Source of the DNA: Magallana gigas
Lineage: Eukaryota
Length of the DNA stretch: 64,000 nt
Direction of reading: 5' to 3'
NCBI RefSeq assembly: GCF_963853765.1
Contig: NC_088854.1
Location: 41,230,001 to 41,294,000 of the forward strand
The notes beneath the pieces are model-generated. The model ran no database searches. It worked only from the letters and a program-made list of their open reading frames with translations, and was not told the DNA's origin. This document shows positions 61,279 to 64,000 of this stretch, piece after piece; positions within the stretch are counted from its first letter, which is position 1, and every line of letters begins with the position of its first letter. The position numbers and the translations under genes were made by a program.

Positions 61279-61777
61279 AAAATAAAATTCATGTTAACAA
61301 ATCCACAAATATCTCTTTAATCATTAGCTACAAATTAAAATGATTGACGAATATGAAAAATATACTTACATATTGTGCAAATAGTATTACTTTTATCAAT
61401 GTAATTGCCTTTCCTGTGCTGGTAATCGTATGTGTTTACATGCTTACCCATGATAAATGGTCATATATAACTGTTATTCTACCTCTTTACAAAATCTAGC
61501 GAATTAATCGTGTGTTTGTCTACTTCAACTATTAAAATTATTGTTAGGTATGCTCTGTACAGTTCAATTTTTTCAATAAGAAAATTTCAAAATGCTAGAA
61601 GATCGATGAACAAGTTTACTGAATTTTTCGGTAGAGAGTGATTTTGAACTGAATTTAACATGTGTACATGTCGATTTAAAGCATCAAGGATAAATTAGAA
61701 ATATAGACTGCATAATTCATACAGATGTTCTATTGTTATAGAGTTGAAATTCAATATTGGGGAATATATTTCAGAAT

Positions 61778-63379
61778 ATGGCTCCAAGAACTAAAGGTTC
61801 AAAGAAGGGTGACAAGAAGGTTTTGACTGAGGTCATCACCAAGGAATGCACCATCCACATGCACAAGAGGATCCATGGAATGTACGTTCTATTTGTACTA
61901 CATAAATTAGTGTAACAATTTTTGAAAGGACCTTACAGTTTTGTCCTGAACAAAACTTTTCAATGGCGTATGATCTTCATCACTTTTGTGCAACCATTTT
62001 CACATCTTTTGAACAATCAGCAACCATTTTTATATTTTCCTGACTAAAGGACTATATATGATAAGGGCCTAAAATGGCCCCCTAAAATGAACATCATCAT
62101 TTTACTATCATTCTTTGTTTTCTTAGTACACTTATGTATGTGATGTGTTTACGTAATATTCATTTTGGTTCAAGTTCCCACAATTTAGAAATATGCCATT
62201 GTAAAGACAACCTTTTCCCGCCATTTTTGCATTTTTAGCGTAAAACAGGGTTTTTTTCAAGCAGTTTTTCCTTCCGAAAACATAGAGCGCATTCTTGAAC
62301 AAATAAAATATTTTAATCAGAAATGTATCTAGGCAAGACTAATAAGTGACAAAAAAAATTTTCTTGTTCAAGCATGCGCTCTATATTTCCCATTCGTAAA
62401 TAGATAAGAAAAATGTCAATTTTTGGCTGATTTTTATTGAATTATAGAAATGACGTCACTTCTGACGTCATATACTGCCAGTGAGTGCAAAGAAATCAAA
62501 TAAATAGATGAAAAATATATTTTATAACAACTCTTCTTAAAAATTAGTTAATATTTTATTGTACCCGAAACACTTAAAAAATGGCGAATTATGGGGGCCA
62601 AATTTAACTCTTATCATATATAGTTCTTTGATTAAAAGTGGCATCTTGCATTGAAAAAAATAAACAATTTAATTAGAGGTGTAGTAATGATATACTGGTA
62701 TAATCGTAATAAGTTTGGCTGAAACTCTGTAAACAGGACAGCAATGAAGAATTTTACTTTCTAATTGAATTTTGATATGATTAAACAAAGGATCAATCAT
62801 AATATGATAGTGTGTATATGTACTATGTATATATATACATCATTGCGACATCATTATATATATAGGACAATTTGGAGTTGCTATGTTTAGTGAAATCAAT
62901 TGATGAGGACAGGTAGTGTGGCCAAGTTGTTTCCAAAAAGTGTTTTAAAGAGGGTTTTTTATTTTAAAAAGAGATTTTGGATATAATTTAACATGATCAA
63001 TATTTTTTATGGACATGTTGAAGATTTGATACTGCTGTCACACTGAGTCATTAGTTTTGGCTTTCCACAAGATTTTAGTAAACGAAACATTTGGATCATT
63101 TTCTTTAGGCAACATATTTACCTATCTTAAGACTTTTCCTAAAACACTTGGGTTCTTTCTTTGACCTATTTTATCAACCAACATTGAATTTTACTAAGGA
63201 CAATTTCACTGTTTTGCAAGATTATTTAATAATGGTCATCTTGTTTTTTTCAGTGGATTCAAGAGGAGGGCACCCCGTGCAATTAAGGAGATCCGCAAGT
63301 TTGCCGAGAAGATGATGGGTACCCCTGATGTTCGTGTGGACACCAGACTCAACAAACACATCTGGTCTCAGGGTGTTAG
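61778..63379 (+). CDS. RPL31: 60S ribosomal protein eL31, partial; exons 61778-61881 and 63254-63379, remainder beyond the window
   Basis: Spliced translation [81 protein letters not shown] phase-2 introns and a 126-nt internal exon. The acceptor lies 3 nt upstream of the ATG. Confidence 0.97.
62046..62629. mobile_element. Non-autonomous DNA transposon/MITE (584 bp) in an RPL31 intron
   Basis: 20-bp TIRs AAAGGACTATATATGATAAG (62046-62065) vs CTTATCATATATAGTTCTTT (62610-62629), one mismatch. Inner GGCCCCC/GGGGGCC symmetry. Confidence 0.8.
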
Positions 63380-63519
63380 GTATGTAGTCAAATGAAAAAT
63401 AAATGAACAATATAGAGGGGAAGATTTTGGATTTTTTTCCTACTGATGGTCAGGTGTTGGTACCACTAGAAATACTCTGAACACACCCATAATAGGGTTG
63501 AATAGGCTTTTTTAATTAA

Positions 63520-63665
63520 GAAATAAACAGCAAATTAAAAAGTTCATTGGATATGAACTTGGTTGGTCACTTGATCAAATCCTGTGAAGCCCTGTGGGCT
63601 TCACAGAACCAACCAAGTTCTTATCCTGGTGAAATTTTTAACATTGCTGTTTATTACTTTATTTA
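63520..63665. repeat. Long imperfect palindrome (fold-back element) in an RPL31 intron
   Basis: Nested arms AATAAACAGCAA/TTGCTGTTTATT, AACTTGGTTGG/CCAACCAAGTT and CTGTGAAGCCC-TGT-GGGCTTCACAG. Confidence 0.8.
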
Positions 63666-64000
63666 TTTACGTTTGAAAGGGCAAACTATTCAGAATCATA
63701 AAATTAACCTTGTTTTTAATGTTTACAATGAAGCAACTGCATACGATAATCATGGTGACGTCATGAAAAAGTTCAAACAGAATTGAACATTTTGCTATTC
63801 TGTAGGTTCACCTAAGAAAACATATTTGCTAAATGTAAATATTGCAAACTGGATTCAGTATTCTGAATTTCCCTGAATCTGTATTTGCAATGTTTTCATG
63901 GGGTCAAAATTTTAATCTGTCATTAGATGTAACCATTATTACCCTTTTCTTACAAGATCCTGGTCCATGCCATACTAATATTTGAAAAATGTCAGTGTGT

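Noticed and set aside
61603-61652. Possible box C/D snoRNA in RPL31 intron 1 (CGATGA...CTGA...GTGATTT...CTGA)
   Set aside because: Only about 50 nt, with a non-canonical C box, guide segments too short and no terminal stem.
1-64000. CRISPR arrays, tRNA or rRNA genes, prokaryotic operons or defence systems
   Set aside because: None seen. The tandem repeats lack a repeat-spacer structure and the genes have spliceosomal introns.

Overview
AT-rich, intron-containing animal genomic DNA, most likely an oyster (inferred from the repeat families and gene content; not database-checked). There are two N gaps (40271-40410, 50605-50750). Reconstructed by hand: (1) three intact four-coding-exon HSPA12-type atypical Hsp70 paralogs (A and B on minus, C on plus) with identical intron positions and phases; (2) a single-Ig-domain type I membrane protein and a three-exon PAN/apple plus atypical C-type lectin gene, packed in tandem on minus; (3) two uncharacterised plus-strand ORFs (313 aa at 42303, 99 aa at 51638) that share two conserved motifs and look like an unnamed gene family; (4) a candidate unannotated spliced minus-strand gene at about 55.7-59.6 kb, head-to-head with (5) RPL31, which runs off the window. 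The rest is Helitron/HINE-type elements, MITEs, a Penelope-like RT remnant, tandem duplications and microsatellites. Best leads: the two-motif ORF pair, IRF-type and kappaB-like motifs at the HSPA12 promoters (one copied into an orphan duplicate block), the hidden spliced gene, and the lectin domain lacking its inner disulfide. All alignments and translations were done by eye.
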